Shown: positions 26,717 through 36,130 of the stretch, one piece after another
How positions within the stretch are numbered: the stretch's first letter is position 1
Layout: every line of letters begins with the position of its first letter
Source of the DNA: Thermomicrobiales bacterium
Lineage (GTDB): Bacteria > Chloroflexota > Chloroflexia > Thermomicrobiales > CFX8
Assembly: GCA_037045155.1 (NCBI GenBank)
Contig: JBAOIG010000005.1
Coordinates: 257,006-321,005 of the forward strand
DNA length: 64,000 nt
Direction of reading: 5' to 3'
Position numbers and translations under genes: made by a program
The notes under the pieces: generated by a model
The model's database searches: none
Told to the model about the DNA's origin: nothing
The model's input: only the letters and a program-made list of their open reading frames with translations

Positions 26717-27733
26717 TCAGCAGCGGGGCGTCTCATTCACGCCCGATCCATCGCCGCGTTCAAGCAGTGCCCTGAATATATCAAGCGTGCGGGTTGGATC
26801 GCCGGGGCGAGAGCCACCCGCAGCAGGTGAGCCACGCAAAGGGTCGAGCAGCGCCATGGCCACCTCGCGAACGTCCGGGTGGGGGCTGAGCAGCGCGGCC
26901 TCGGCGGTGATCGGGTTGCGATGGCGCGCATAGAGCAGATCGGCAGCATCGTGAGCGAGGCGCTCGTCCGGATGAACGACGAAGACACTGAGCACCTCCG
27001 CAATGGCGCTCGTCGGCATACTCGTCCCGATCGCGAGAAGCGCGCTGCGCCGAAGCTGGATCGGCACAGCTTCATCCGCCAGCAGCGCGATGGCGCGGTC
27101 GAACGTGCCGCTGGTGGCAGCGCGCAGGCCGGTAAGCCAGGCGACCCCACGCACGCTTTCATCCTCGTCGGCAACGAGTGTGTCGAGGTTGTCGACGATC
27201 ACCGCCGGGGCAACTTCGGAGAGAAACTCAACTGCCGCGCCACGCGCGGCCGGCGAGCAGCCGGCCAGTGCTACTTCAGCGACACTGACGCGACGCTCGT
27301 CACCCAGACAGTGCTCGTCAATCGGGTCGAGGACCAGGATCGAGAGTGTCGTCTCGCCGGCCTCGCCCATCACGACGCGTTTCGCGAGGCGAATGAGTCG
27401 GTCCGGATCACTCGCGAACCGTCGCCACATCGCGGAGGCGGCCGGCCCGACCGCCAGGAATTCGGCGCGGGCATCGAGATCGTCCAGCGAGGCTAGCTCA
27501 ACGACACGATCCAGAGAGGTGTCGCGGCGGCGACCGACGAAGTCGTCCGGCCAATCGAGGAGCCGCGCGGCCAGCACCGGGTCCAGCGCCGGCCAGCTAC
27601 GGAGCCAGCGCCGGCCGCGCGGATCGCCGATCAATCCGTCAATCAGGGCTGTCCAGTCGTCCTGGGCAACCATCGCGGGATCGACCGGTTCGCCGGCAAC
27701 CACCCGCCCAACGATATCGTCGATCGACCGCAT
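26717..27733 (-). CDS. HEAT/ARM-like helical repeat protein
   Basis: 338 aa, Leu/Ala-rich, with repeats such as DESVRGVAWLTGL and HPDVREVAMALL. ATG at 27733. The first 142 aa of the ORF-track product are an out-of-frame overlap of queF. Confidence 0.45.
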   Translation of the reverse strand: MRSIDDIVGRVVAGEPVDPAMVAQDDWTALIDGLIGDPRGRRWLRSWPALDPVLAARLLDWPDDFVGRRRDTSLDRVVELASLDDLDARAEFLAVGPAASAMWRRFASDPDRLIRLAKRVVMGEAGETTLSILVLDPIDEHCLGDERRVSVAEVALAGCSPAARGAAVEFLSEVAPAVIVDNLDTLVADEDESVRGVAWLTGLRAATSGTFDRAIALLADEAVPIQLRRSALLAIGTSMPTSAIAEVLSVFVVHPDERLAHDAADLLYARHRNPITAEAALLSPHPDVREVAMALLDPLRGSPAAGGSRPGDPTRTLDIFRALLERGDGSGVNETPRC

Positions 27734-27743
27734 CGTATGCCGG

Positions 27744-28133
27744 CTAGGCGCGATCGGGCGCTGAGTAGGTCGCGGTAACCGTCGTGTAGAGGCCACCACG
27801 CACGTTGAACTGACCGATAACGGTCGCCTCACGCGGGGCGATCTTGTTGACGACTTCGTCCAGTATCTGGTTGGTGACCGCTTCGTGGAACGCGCCTTCG
27901 TTACGGAACGACCAGAAGTAGAGCTTGAGCGATTTGAGCTCAACACAGAGCTGATCTGGGATGTACCGCAGGGTGATCTCGGCGAAGTCGGGCTGGCCGG
28001 TGACCGGACAGAGGCAGGTGAACTCCGGCGTGTGGATCTCGATGGTGTAGTCGCGCTCGGGGTTCGGGTTGGGAAAGATCTGCAGCTCGTTCGCGGCCGC
28101 AGTCGGGGTTGCGCCAAGCAGGCTGGATGACAT
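27744..28133 (-). CDS. queF: NADPH-dependent 7-cyano-7-deazaguanine reductase (type I QueF)
   Basis: [48 protein letters not shown] is the QueF signature (catalytic Cys plus the E(S/L)K(S/A)hK(L/Y)(Y/F/W) motif). ATG at 28133 follows AGGAGG; 28172 is the alternative start. Confidence 0.9.
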   Translation of the reverse strand: MSSSLLGATPTAAANELQIFPNPNPERDYTIEIHTPEFTCLCPVTGQPDFAEITLRYIPDQLCVELKSLKLYFWSFRNEGAFHEAVTNQILDEVVNKIAPREATVIGQFNVRGGLYTTVTATYSAPDRA

Positions 28134-28184
28134 CGGGGTTCGCACCTCCTGAGAGTCAATCGAATACGACATAAGGATACATCG

Positions 28185-28252
28185 GGGATGGGGGATGAGG
28201 CGGATCAGGCGATTCTGGTCGCGCTCATCCCTTGTGCCTCATCCCTCATCCC
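28185..28252 (-). terminator. Long imperfect inverted repeat built from GGGATGAGG-type motifs, downstream of the 28261..29760 gene
   Basis: GGGATGGGGGATGAGGC (28185-28201) pairs with GCCTCATCCCTCATCCC (28236-28252) with 1 mismatch and a 34-nt loop. Confidence 0.35.
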
Positions 28253-28260
28253 GCCTCGCG

Positions 28261-29760
28261 TCATGCCTTACGAACGAGCCCGTGATACCAGAATGGAACA
28301 GTCCCGCGAACGCCGTCGGACCATGACCAGCCGGTGAGCTCCGTGCGGTAGGGGAGGTGCTCACCATGCTGGAGGAAGGGAACACGAGCGATATCGGCAG
28401 CCAGGGCATCCTGGAGGGCGCGATAGTGGCGGCCCCGCTCGGCACGATCGACGGTGGCGCGGCCGGCCAGGAAGGCGGCATCGACGGCAGCGTTGTGATA
28501 GCGCATGGTGTTTCGCGGACCATCGGACGCGAGGAAGCTCGCCATGAGCTGCGGGTCGGGGCCGATGTCGCCGCTATCGAGGATCAGATCGAAGTCGCCG
28601 GCCTCCTGGAACCGCTCTTTCCAGCCAACCGGATCGACGGACTCGATCTCGGCAACGATCCCGATGCGGGCGAGCTGCTCGGCCATGATGTTCGCGGCGA
28701 CGCCGTAGTGCGAATAGAGCGAGCGATAGGCGAGGCCAACGCGGAATCGAACACCGGCGTCGTCCCGCCGATAGCCAGCCTCGTCCAACAGACGCTCAGA
28801 CTCGGCGGGGTCGTATCCGGGCGCAACAGCATCGGGATTGAATGCCCAGTCCACCCGCTCCAGGTAGTAGTGAGAGGGCGCCGTCGCGAGCGAGCAGACG
28901 CCGTCGGCAATCGGCCCACGGTCTATGGCGCGAGCAATTGCCTCGCGGACGCGATGGTCTTCGAACATCGGCTTTTGCCAGTTGAACGCGACGAAGGCAA
29001 TCGAATTACCCGGGTGGAACATCACGTCGACGCCGGGCTTGGCGCGATACTCCTCGACCTGCTGGCAGGGAACATCCTGGACGACGAAATGGACCTCGCC
29101 GGCCTCCAGCAGCCGAAAGGCGTCGTCGGTGTCGGGGATGATCCGGTAGGTGATGTGTTCGACGTATGGCCCTTCGCCAAAGTAGTCAGGGTTCGCGACG
29201 AGCTCGATACGCTCGCCAGGGACCCACTGCTCGAAGCGGAATGGGCCACTTCCGACGGGATCGAAGTTGTGCGGGTTCGTGGCCCAGTCGGTTCCGTCGT
29301 AGAGGTGCTTCGGCAGGATGTGGGTGAAGACGAACGCGCCAAGCTGGGCCAGAAAGGCTGCGTTGGGCGCCTTCAGCCGGCACGCGACGGTGTGGTCGTC
29401 GATGACATCGACGGTGTCAATGTCCTGGAGCCAGGAGAGTCCGTGGTAGCCGTGCTTCAGCACTTCGGAGTAGGTGTAGGCGACATCGTGGGCAGTAACG
29501 GGTGTGCCGTCGTGCCAGCGGGCGTCACGGTTGAGGTGGAAGACGTAGCGAGCGCCACCGTCGAGGATATCCCAGGAATCCGCAAGGTCGGGGTGAATGT
29601 CACCGCTCTCGAAGACATCGAGAACGACGAGTCGACTGTAGATATTGTTCGCCGCGAAGTAGCCGCCAGCGCCGGTGTAATTGCGCCAGACTTCGTTGAA
29701 ACCCTGTGCATCGAACGGCACCGCAACGACGAGATGCCCCTCGGGGTTCGCGTTGGCCAC
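28261..29760 (-). CDS. SBP_bac_5-fold (peptide/nickel-binding-protein-like) protein lacking any signal peptide
   Basis: 499 aa starting (GTG)ANANPEGHLVVAVPFD.., directly at the mature-domain region. AGGAAGGA RBS. The ORF cannot be extended upstream. Confidence 0.75.
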   Translation of the reverse strand: MANANPEGHLVVAVPFDAQGFNEVWRNYTGAGGYFAANNIYSRLVVLDVFESGDIHPDLADSWDILDGGARYVFHLNRDARWHDGTPVTAHDVAYTYSEVLKHGYHGLSWLQDIDTVDVIDDHTVACRLKAPNAAFLAQLGAFVFTHILPKHLYDGTDWATNPHNFDPVGSGPFRFEQWVPGERIELVANPDYFGEGPYVEHITYRIIPDTDDAFRLLEAGEVHFVVQDVPCQQVEEYRAKPGVDVMFHPGNSIAFVAFNWQKPMFEDHRVREAIARAIDRGPIADGVCSLATAPSHYYLERVDWAFNPDAVAPGYDPAESERLLDEAGYRRDDAGVRFRVGLAYRSLYSHYGVAANIMAEQLARIGIVAEIESVDPVGWKERFQEAGDFDLILDSGDIGPDPQLMASFLASDGPRNTMRYHNAAVDAAFLAGRATVDRAERGRHYRALQDALAADIARVPFLQHGEHLPYRTELTGWSWSDGVRGTVPFWYHGLVRKA

Positions 29761-29838
29761 CAGTCAGTCCTTCCTGTCCGAGCAAGTCCGTCGGGAAGAG
29801 CGTACAGGGAAACCGGCCGGCTGACGAGAGGCCCGGAC

Positions 29839-30525
29839 TCAGGCCGTCATCACGGCAGGAGTCACGTGGGCAAGCATGCTGAGCTGGAGCCAGGTCGGGA
29901 AGGCATGCTGGAGACCCGACGGGTCGTCGATTTCGATTGAGTGGGCCCGGAGGGCTGACCCAATCTCCTGATGGCCAACCCAGACGCGATGGAGCGTCAT
30001 CGTGTCAGCGGTGATCGCCAGATCGACATCGAATCCCGGGTCGGTCACACAGACTGACGCCCCGGAGCGCTCGAGCAACAGCCAGTAACGCCGCGAGGAG
30101 AGACCGGTGAACTGGATCTCGACGACAATCCGCCGCGCAGGGAGAAGGTCGAGGCTGATGCGACGGTGCATATCCCACATCAACAGATCGACGTCGATAT
30201 CTTCCGGCTGAATCTCGCGGTTCATCCAGCGCGCTCCCCATGCGCCGAGCATCTGGATCACGTCGAACAGCTCTTCGCCAGCGGGGGTGGGGACGTACTC
30301 AACGATGCGGCCGCCGTGCGTCGCGTGACGCTCGATGATGCCGTCACGCTCGAGCGATTTCAATCGTTGGGACAGAACGGAGCGCGAGATCCGCGGCAAG
30401 CCGCGTTCGAGCTCGTTGAAGTGACGGCTGCCGAGGAGGATCTCGCGCATGATCAGTGGAGTCCACCGCTCGGCGAAGACCTCGGCCGCCTTGGCGACCG
30501 GGCAGAACTGACCGTATCCGGGCAT
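29839..30525 (-). CDS. HxlR-family transcriptional regulator with C-terminal SCP2-like extension
   Basis: GQFCPVAKAAEVFAERWTPLIMREILLGSRHFNELERGLPRISRSVLSQRLKSLERDGII. The start is 30525 (GGAG RBS) or 30555. The ORF-track start would overlap the divergent gene. Confidence 0.8.
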   Translation of the reverse strand: MPGYGQFCPVAKAAEVFAERWTPLIMREILLGSRHFNELERGLPRISRSVLSQRLKSLERDGIIERHATHGGRIVEYVPTPAGEELFDVIQMLGAWGARWMNREIQPEDIDVDLLMWDMHRRISLDLLPARRIVVEIQFTGLSSRRYWLLLERSGASVCVTDPGFDVDLAITADTMTLHRVWVGHQEIGSALRAHSIEIDDPSGLQHAFPTWLQLSMLAHVTPAVMTA

Positions 30526-30695
30526 CGACGTAACTCCAATCGACGATCCGGTCATCTCATTCCCAGTATGCGACAGCAGCGCAATACAGCGGGGTTCGAA
30601 GATCGAACTGGTCGAGTCCGCAACCGGGGGGCAATCTGAGATCAGTTGCAGACAGGCGCGGGAGTGGCCGCGCCCGACCGAGCAGGAGGCATCCG

Positions 30696-31910
30696 ATGAC
30701 GACAATGGTCAACCGTGCGACGGTGTCCGGTGAAATCGTTCCATTTCGCCCGACGCCACTGGAGGCCGGAGACGATCGTTTCGTCGAGCTGGCGCGGGGG
30801 CTTGCGGCGGAGTTCGCAACCCGCGCAGCAGCGCACGATCACGAGAATACGTATGTCGGTGAGAACTACGACCGGATGAAGGCGTCCGGCTACACACGAC
30901 TCGGAATCCCGGAGCCGCTTGGAGGGCTTGGCGCGTCGATGCGGCAGGTCATCTACGCACAGGCCGAGCTTGGAACAGGGTGTGGATCAACCGCCCTCGC
31001 AATCGCAATGCACTTGTACAGCACGCTGGCCTTGAGCTATCGCTGGAGACACGGCGCGAGTGACGCTGGCGCGGCGTTGAAGAAGATCGCAGGAAACAAC
31101 CTGATCCTGATGACGAGCGGCGGATCGGACGGGATCTACCCCTCAGGTACGGCGACACGGATCGAGGGCGGCTACCTGATTTCTGGCCACAAGGTGTTCT
31201 GCAGTCAGGTTCAGGGAGCGGATCTTATCACTACGATGGCGCGATACGACGACCCGGAAGACGGGCCGATCGTGCTGATGATGGCGCTGCCGATCCGCCA
31301 ACCCGGAATCGAGATCGTCGAGACGTGGGACACACTCGGCATGCGGGGCACGCAGAGCCACGATCTGACGCTGACCGACGTGTTCGTGGCAGACGAGCAG
31401 ATCTCGGCGCGGAAAGCATGGGGACGAAATGACGCGCCGCTCCGCTCGGCACTGGCGCACTTTGCACCGACGGTGGCGGCAGTGTATTGGGGCATCGCGG
31501 CTGGCGCGCGGGATGAGGCAGTTCGAGTGATCGCTGGTCGGCGTGGCCCGGCCGGCGCGGCGGTGGAGAACCCGATGACACAGCGGCAAGTAGGGCTGAT
31601 GGACACAAAACTTCGAACTGCCTGGTGGGCGCTGGCCGGCGCGCTAACGGAGCTGGGCGATGACTTTCCGCTCGACGAGCGCACGGTGAACACGGTCGTG
31701 GTCGCGAAGCGAGAGGTCGTGACTGCCGCATCCGATGTGGTGAACCTCGCGATGTCAGTCACTGGCGGAAGCGCGTATTTCCGGCGCTCACCGATCGAGC
31801 GTGCCTACCGGGATGCGCGGGCTGGTGAGTTTCATCCGCTGACACCGGAGAAGACGCTGCTCTACGCTGGTCGAACAGCGCTGGGCCAGGATGTGAACGA
31901 CATCTGGTAG
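30696..31910 (+). CDS. Acyl-CoA dehydrogenase-fold flavoprotein (ACAD type 2 / flavin monooxygenase-like)
   Basis: 404 aa with a three-domain ACAD layout, WDTLGMRGTQSHD and C-terminal ERAYRDARAGEFHP. GCAGGAGG RBS. Confidence 0.7.
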   Translation: MTTMVNRATVSGEIVPFRPTPLEAGDDRFVELARGLAAEFATRAAAHDHENTYVGENYDRMKASGYTRLGIPEPLGGLGASMRQVIYAQAELGTGCGSTALAIAMHLYSTLALSYRWRHGASDAGAALKKIAGNNLILMTSGGSDGIYPSGTATRIEGGYLISGHKVFCSQVQGADLITTMARYDDPEDGPIVLMMALPIRQPGIEIVETWDTLGMRGTQSHDLTLTDVFVADEQISARKAWGRNDAPLRSALAHFAPTVAAVYWGIAAGARDEAVRVIAGRRGPAGAAVENPMTQRQVGLMDTKLRTAWWALAGALTELGDDFPLDERTVNTVVVAKREVVTAASDVVNLAMSVTGGSAYFRRSPIERAYRDARAGEFHPLTPEKTLLYAGRTALGQDVNDIW

Positions 31911-31944
31911 CGCGCGGGTTGAGGGCAGGTGATCACCGATCGGA

Positions 31945-32303
31945 GTCCCCTCCGCCTGTCACTGCCTGCCGGCAGAGCGGGATCTCCCCTATGCTCGACC
32001 GTGCCCAGCCAGGGGAGATCCTTCGGCTGCGGCCTCAGGATGACAAGGTGCGGGGAGGCTGCCAACCTGACAGTTCATGCTAGTCGATACACTGAATGCT
32101 CCGACCAGCGTGATGTGTCCTGTACTGTGGTGCGACAGCTACCACCGCTCGTTGTCATTCCGAGCCGCAGCGAGGAATCTCCCCTGGCTGGATACAGTCG
32201 AACGCAGGGAGATCCTTCGGCTGCGCGGGCGCCCTCTGGGCAGAGGATGACAAGGTGCGGGGAGGCTGCCAACCCGACACTTCATGCTAGTCACTGTACT
32301 CAG
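31945..32303. repeat. Left part of a head-to-tail array of MITE-like units of about 195-210 bp that carry the IS630-element terminus
   Basis: Unit junctions ..GGAGGCTGCCAACCTGACACTTCATGCTAGTC(G/A)CTG-TA-CTCAG.. lie near 32070-32095 (degenerate) and at 32262-32303. Each unit contains internal hairpins (GGAATCTCCCCTG/CAGGAGAGATCC). Confidence 0.7.
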
Positions 32304-32390
32304 TACAGCGACTAGCATGAAGTGACTTGTTGGCACAGAACTGGCTGATGGGATGCAACGCAGTTGTGTGCACCAGCGGGAGGGTCTGGC

Positions 32391-32852
32391 ATGAGTAATA
32401 AGCAACACGTGGTACGGCTGACGGCAGCGGAACGAACGGAATTGCGCCAGCTCATTGAGACAGGGTCCGCCCATGCCAGGCGCCTTAAACGCGCCCGCAT
32501 CCTGCTCAAAGCCGATGCCAGTATCGCCGGACCACGGTGGACCGATGTCCAGATTGCGGAGGCACTGGAATGCAGTCCCCGGACGGTCGCGCGACTCCGG
32601 GAACGATGCTGTCGTGAGGGTCTGGCCGCCAGTCTGGGGCGACGTCCCTCGACACGGGTCTATCGGCGACGCTTTGATGGCGCAGCGGAAGCCCGGCTGA
32701 CCACGCTTGCTTGTAGTCCTGCACCAGCGGGTGCTGCCCGCTGGACGCTGCGCTTGCTGGCCGATACCGTGGTGGAGCAGGAGATTGTCCCCCAGGTGTG
32801 CCCGGAGACGGTCCGCATGACACTTAAAAAAACGTCCTCAAGCCGTGGCTGA
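32391..32852 (+). CDS. IS630 transposase OrfA (HTH DNA-binding part)
   Basis: MSNKQHVVRLTAAERTELRQLIETGSAHARRLKRARILLKAD.. shows helix-turn-helix motifs typical of the IS630 N-terminus. Confidence 0.85.
   Translation: MSNKQHVVRLTAAERTELRQLIETGSAHARRLKRARILLKADASIAGPRWTDVQIAEALECSPRTVARLRERCCREGLAASLGRRPSTRVYRRRFDGAAEARLTTLACSPAPAGAARWTLRLLADTVVEQEIVPQVCPETVRMTLKKTSSSRG
32826..32832 (+). promoter_or_regulatory. A7 slippery run for programmed -1 ribosomal frameshift joining OrfA to OrfB
   Basis: At CTT AAA AAA ACG, shifting -1 gives ..TLKKNVLKPWLKRSWCLSGKPDAGFVAAMEDVLDVY.., which recreates the IS630 KKNxLKPW....WC motif. OrfA is in frame 0 and OrfB in frame 2. Confidence 0.7.
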
Positions 32853-32902
32853 AACGCAGCTGGTGTCTGTCCGGGAAGCCTGATGCGGGATTCGTCGCAG
32901 CC

Positions 32903-33541
32903 ATGGAAGATGTGCTCGACGTCTATGCTCGACCGATCGACCCACTGCGTCCACTAGTCTGCTTTGACGAGAGTGGCAAAGCACTCCGGGGCGATGTCCG
33001 TCCCAGTCAGCCAGCTGGACCCGGTCACGCGCTGCGGGAAGATCCGGCCTATATCCGCCACGGCAGTGCCAACCTCTTTCTCTGGTGTGCGCCCCATCTT
33101 GGACAGCGAGGCATCACCGTCACCGAGCGGCGCACCCGGGTCGACTGGGCCGTCGCCATGCGCCATCTCGTCGATGAGGTCTTCCCGACGGCGGAGCGGA
33201 TCGTGGTGGTGCTCGACAATCTCAACATCCATGCCGACCACTCACTCTATGCGGCGTTCCCGCCCCGGGAGGCAAAGCGCATTCGCGACAAGCTGGAACT
33301 GCATTACACCCCCAAGCATGCTTCGTGGCTGAACATCGCCGAACTGGAGTTTAGTGCGCTGGTGCGCCAATGTCTGGATCAGCGCATCCCCACGCCGACG
33401 GACTTGCAGCAGGCGGTTGATGCCTGGACAACCCGGCGCAACAGCCGCGCCAAACCGGTGCAATGGCACTTCATGGTGGAGCACGCACGCATCAAATTGC
33501 GCCGGCTGTATCCGGTCCCTGAACTGGACACTTCATGCTAG
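32903..33541 (+). CDS. IS630 transposase OrfB (DDE catalytic part; expressed as OrfAB fusion)
   Basis: DESG.., VVVLDNLNIH and ASWLNIAELEF are DD(35)E-type motifs. The TAG stop lies inside the right IR. Confidence 0.85.
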   Translation: MEDVLDVYARPIDPLRPLVCFDESGKALRGDVRPSQPAGPGHALREDPAYIRHGSANLFLWCAPHLGQRGITVTERRTRVDWAVAMRHLVDEVFPTAERIVVVLDNLNIHADHSLYAAFPPREAKRIRDKLELHYTPKHASWLNIAELEFSALVRQCLDQRIPTPTDLQQAVDAWTTRRNSRAKPVQWHFMVEHARIKLRRLYPVPELDTSC

Positions 33542-33547
33542 TCGCTG

Positions 33548-33945
33548 TACTCAGTGCACCGACCAGCGTGATGTGTCCTGTATTGTGGTGCGACAGCCAC
33601 CACCGCTCGTTGTCATTCCAAGCCGCAGCGAGGAATCTCCCCTGGCTGGATGCATTCAGACGCAGGAGAGATCCTTCGGCTGCGGCCTCAGGATGACAAG
33701 GTGCGGGGAGGCTGCCAACCTGACACATCATGCTAGTCGCTGTACTCAGTGCTCCGACCAGCGTGATGTGTCCTGTACTGTGGTGCGACAGCCACCCCGG
33801 CCGTTTGTCATGCTGAGCCTCAGCGAAGCATCTCCTCATGCTGGATGCATTCAGACGCAGGAGAGATCCTTCGGCTGCGGCCTCAGGATGACAAGGTGCG
33901 GGGAGGCTGCCAACCTGACACGTCATCCTAGTCGGAGCACTCAGA
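33548..33945. repeat. Right part of the MITE-like unit array
   Basis: There are two units of about 195 bp, one from 33548 and one starting near 33727, followed by a degenerate end near 33922-33945. They are colinear with the units left of the IS. Confidence 0.7.
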
Positions 33946-33986
33946 TTGACAACGGCGCTCCACTACGTGCGGCTCACTCTTGCGTA

Positions 33987-36026
33987 TCAGGGTGAGCGCT
34001 GGGGTTCACCCGTTATTTCGGCCAGTTGCGCCAGCATGATCGCGGGGTCAGTCGCAGGGAGCTCGCATGTGTAGTTGCGACAGACGTAGACGGTGGCTTT
34101 ATCTTCGATTCGTGGCCGATCCGCCAGCAGTGGAACGACGAGGGCCGCCCCACCGTCCGGATTGCCGAGGGCAATGACGGCGCGTGGCAGGAACATCTCC
34201 CGCAGTGGAGTCAGCAGTAACCCAGCGTCGATGAGATCACCGCTGATGGCGACCTCGGCGATCGGGCCGACGGCGAGATCGGCGGCGCAGAGAAGCCGGC
34301 CATAGCCGAGCGCGTTACCGGCCGCATGCGGCGCCAGGCCGCTGAGCACGCCTCTGGCGATTCGGGTCAGATCGATATCGCCGGTCAGATGGGCCAGGCG
34401 AAGCAGGACATCGCAAGCCACGCTGTTGCCGCTGGGGGTGGCGTTGTCGCTGAAATCGCGGGGCCGGCCGATGAGCGCGTCACCGGTGGCACGGGCATCG
34501 TAGAAGGCGCCGTCGACGTAGAACTCGTCCAGCATCGTGCGAGACACCTGATCGGCGAGCACGACCCAGGCGGGATCGAATGTCGCCTGCCAGGTCGCGA
34601 GGAGACCGTCGATGAAGTTGGCGTAGTCCTCGAGATAGCCGGGGATGCGCGCCTCGCCACGCATCCAGACACGGGCGAGCTGTTTGCCGTCCCAGAGACG
34701 GTCGCGGACAAAGGCGGCATTTGCGACTGCGGCTTGTCGGTAGCGCGCGTTGTCGAATGCCCAGGCGGCGGTCGCAACGGCCCGGAGCATCATCCCGTTC
34801 CAGGAGGTCAGCACCTTGTCGTCGCGGCTGGGGTGGACGCGAGCGGATCGGGTGTTGAAGAGCCGCTGGCGCGCGGCAGCGAGGTCACCTTCACGCCAGC
34901 GGAGGCGATCTTCAGCGCGCGCGATCGAGAGGACGTTCGAGCCCTCGAAGTTGCCGCGCTCGGTGATATCGAGAAGCGCGATGACATCGGTCGCCAGGGG
35001 ATCATCGTCGAGCGCAGCGCGGATCTCGGAGGGGGTCCAGGCGTAAAATCTGCCTTCCTCGCCTTCGGTGTCCGCATCCTGGGTAGCGTGGAAGCCGCCG
35101 TCCGGGTCGGTCATCTCGCGCAGGACATAGTCGACCGTCTCGGTCGCGATCGCGCGGTGGAACGGATCGCCCGTGACCTGCCAGGCGATCGTGTAGAGAT
35201 GGGACATCAGGGCGTTGTCGTAGAGCATCTTCTCGAAGTGCGGGACGAGCCAGACAGCATCGACGGCGTAGCGATGGAAGCCACCGCCAATCTGGTCATA
35301 GATGCCGCCACGGCCCATCGTGTCGAGCGTGTGCTCGACCATGCGCAGGGCCTGCTCGGCGCCAGTGCGTTGGTGGACTCGGAGAAGCAGCTCGAGCGCC
35401 ATCGGTGACGGGAACTTCGGCGCTCCGCCGAACCCACCGTTGACACGGTCATACTGGGTAGAGAGATTTCTGGCGGCTTCGTCAAGGAGACCCGGGGTGA
35501 GCTGCCCTTCATCGGGCATCGCCTCGAACTGGGCCTGCAGCGCGACGGCGACGCGGTCGGCTCCGGCCGCGACCTCCGTCCGGCGCTGCTCCCACGCCTC
35601 GTGGACGGCGAGCAAAATACGGGAAAAGCCGGGCATCGAACCGCGATCGGCCGGCGGGAAGTAGGTCCCAGCGTAGAACGGCTTACCACCCGGGGTGAGG
35701 AACACCGTCATCGGCCAGCCGCCGTGGCCAGTGAGGAGCTGGGTGGCAGTCATATAGATCGAGTCGAGGTCAGGACGTTCCTCGCGATCGACCTTGATGT
35801 TGATGTAGAGCCGGTTCATCAGCGCGGCGATCTCGTCGTTCTCGAAGCTCTCGTGGGCCATTACATGACACCAGTGACACGCGGAGTAGCCGATCGACAG
35901 CAGGATTGGCTTGTCCTCGGCGCGGGCGCGCTCGAGCGCCTCGTCACTCCAGGGATACCAGTCGACCGGATTATCGGCGTGCTGCAACAGGTAGGGGCTG
36001 GTTTCGCGGGATAAGCGGTTTGGCAC
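33987..36026 (-). CDS. Thioredoxin-domain protein of the YyaL/DUF255 (SPATA20-like) family
   Basis: [52 protein letters not shown], followed by a six-hairpin glycosidase-like C-terminal domain. 679 aa. Confidence 0.9.
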   Translation of the reverse strand: MPNRLSRETSPYLLQHADNPVDWYPWSDEALERARAEDKPILLSIGYSACHWCHVMAHESFENDEIAALMNRLYINIKVDREERPDLDSIYMTATQLLTGHGGWPMTVFLTPGGKPFYAGTYFPPADRGSMPGFSRILLAVHEAWEQRRTEVAAGADRVAVALQAQFEAMPDEGQLTPGLLDEAARNLSTQYDRVNGGFGGAPKFPSPMALELLLRVHQRTGAEQALRMVEHTLDTMGRGGIYDQIGGGFHRYAVDAVWLVPHFEKMLYDNALMSHLYTIAWQVTGDPFHRAIATETVDYVLREMTDPDGGFHATQDADTEGEEGRFYAWTPSEIRAALDDDPLATDVIALLDITERGNFEGSNVLSIARAEDRLRWREGDLAAARQRLFNTRSARVHPSRDDKVLTSWNGMMLRAVATAAWAFDNARYRQAAVANAAFVRDRLWDGKQLARVWMRGEARIPGYLEDYANFIDGLLATWQATFDPAWVVLADQVSRTMLDEFYVDGAFYDARATGDALIGRPRDFSDNATPSGNSVACDVLLRLAHLTGDIDLTRIARGVLSGLAPHAAGNALGYGRLLCAADLAVGPIAEVAISGDLIDAGLLLTPLREMFLPRAVIALGNPDGGAALVVPLLADRPRIEDKATVYVCRNYTCELPATDPAIMLAQLAEITGEPQRSP

Positions 36027-36130
36027 CGGGAGCTCCTTCCGGCCTGGTCATTCCTCGGCGTCGGCAGGCGAGAATCTGACGGCATTCAGAGCATACGACG
36101 CGGCGGCAGCGGAAGCGCCACCACCGGCCC

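Larger units (their letters stand above)
32306..33547 (+). mobile_element. IS630-family (Tc1/mariner superfamily) insertion sequence, 1242 bp, apparently intact
   Basis: Perfect 19-bp terminal inverted repeats CAGCGACTAGCATGAAGTG (32306-32324) and CACTTCATGCTAGTCGCTG (33529-33547). TA is present on both flanks (32304-05 and 33548-49). The transposase is two-ORF with a frameshift site. Confidence 0.85.

Noticed and set aside
28134-28260. preQ1 riboswitch upstream of queF
   Set aside because: I looked for the short preQ1-I hairpin followed by an A-rich tail and did not see it. The region is occupied by the GGGATGAGG-type inverted repeat, which belongs to the upstream gene's 3' end.
31929-32315. 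ORFs 31929..32315 and 33354..33995 encoding repeated peptides (RMTRCGEAANLT.HASRCTQCSDQRDVSCTVVRQPPPLVVIPSRSEESPLAG)
   Set aside because: The repeated peptides simply follow the repeated DNA units of about 195 bp and their hairpins. The units are better explained as non-coding MITE-like elements, and the reading frame is not maintained between units.
31945-33945. Possible CRISPR array
   Set aside because: The repeats are about 195 bp long and directly abutting, with no unique spacers, and no cas genes are nearby. This is not CRISPR architecture.
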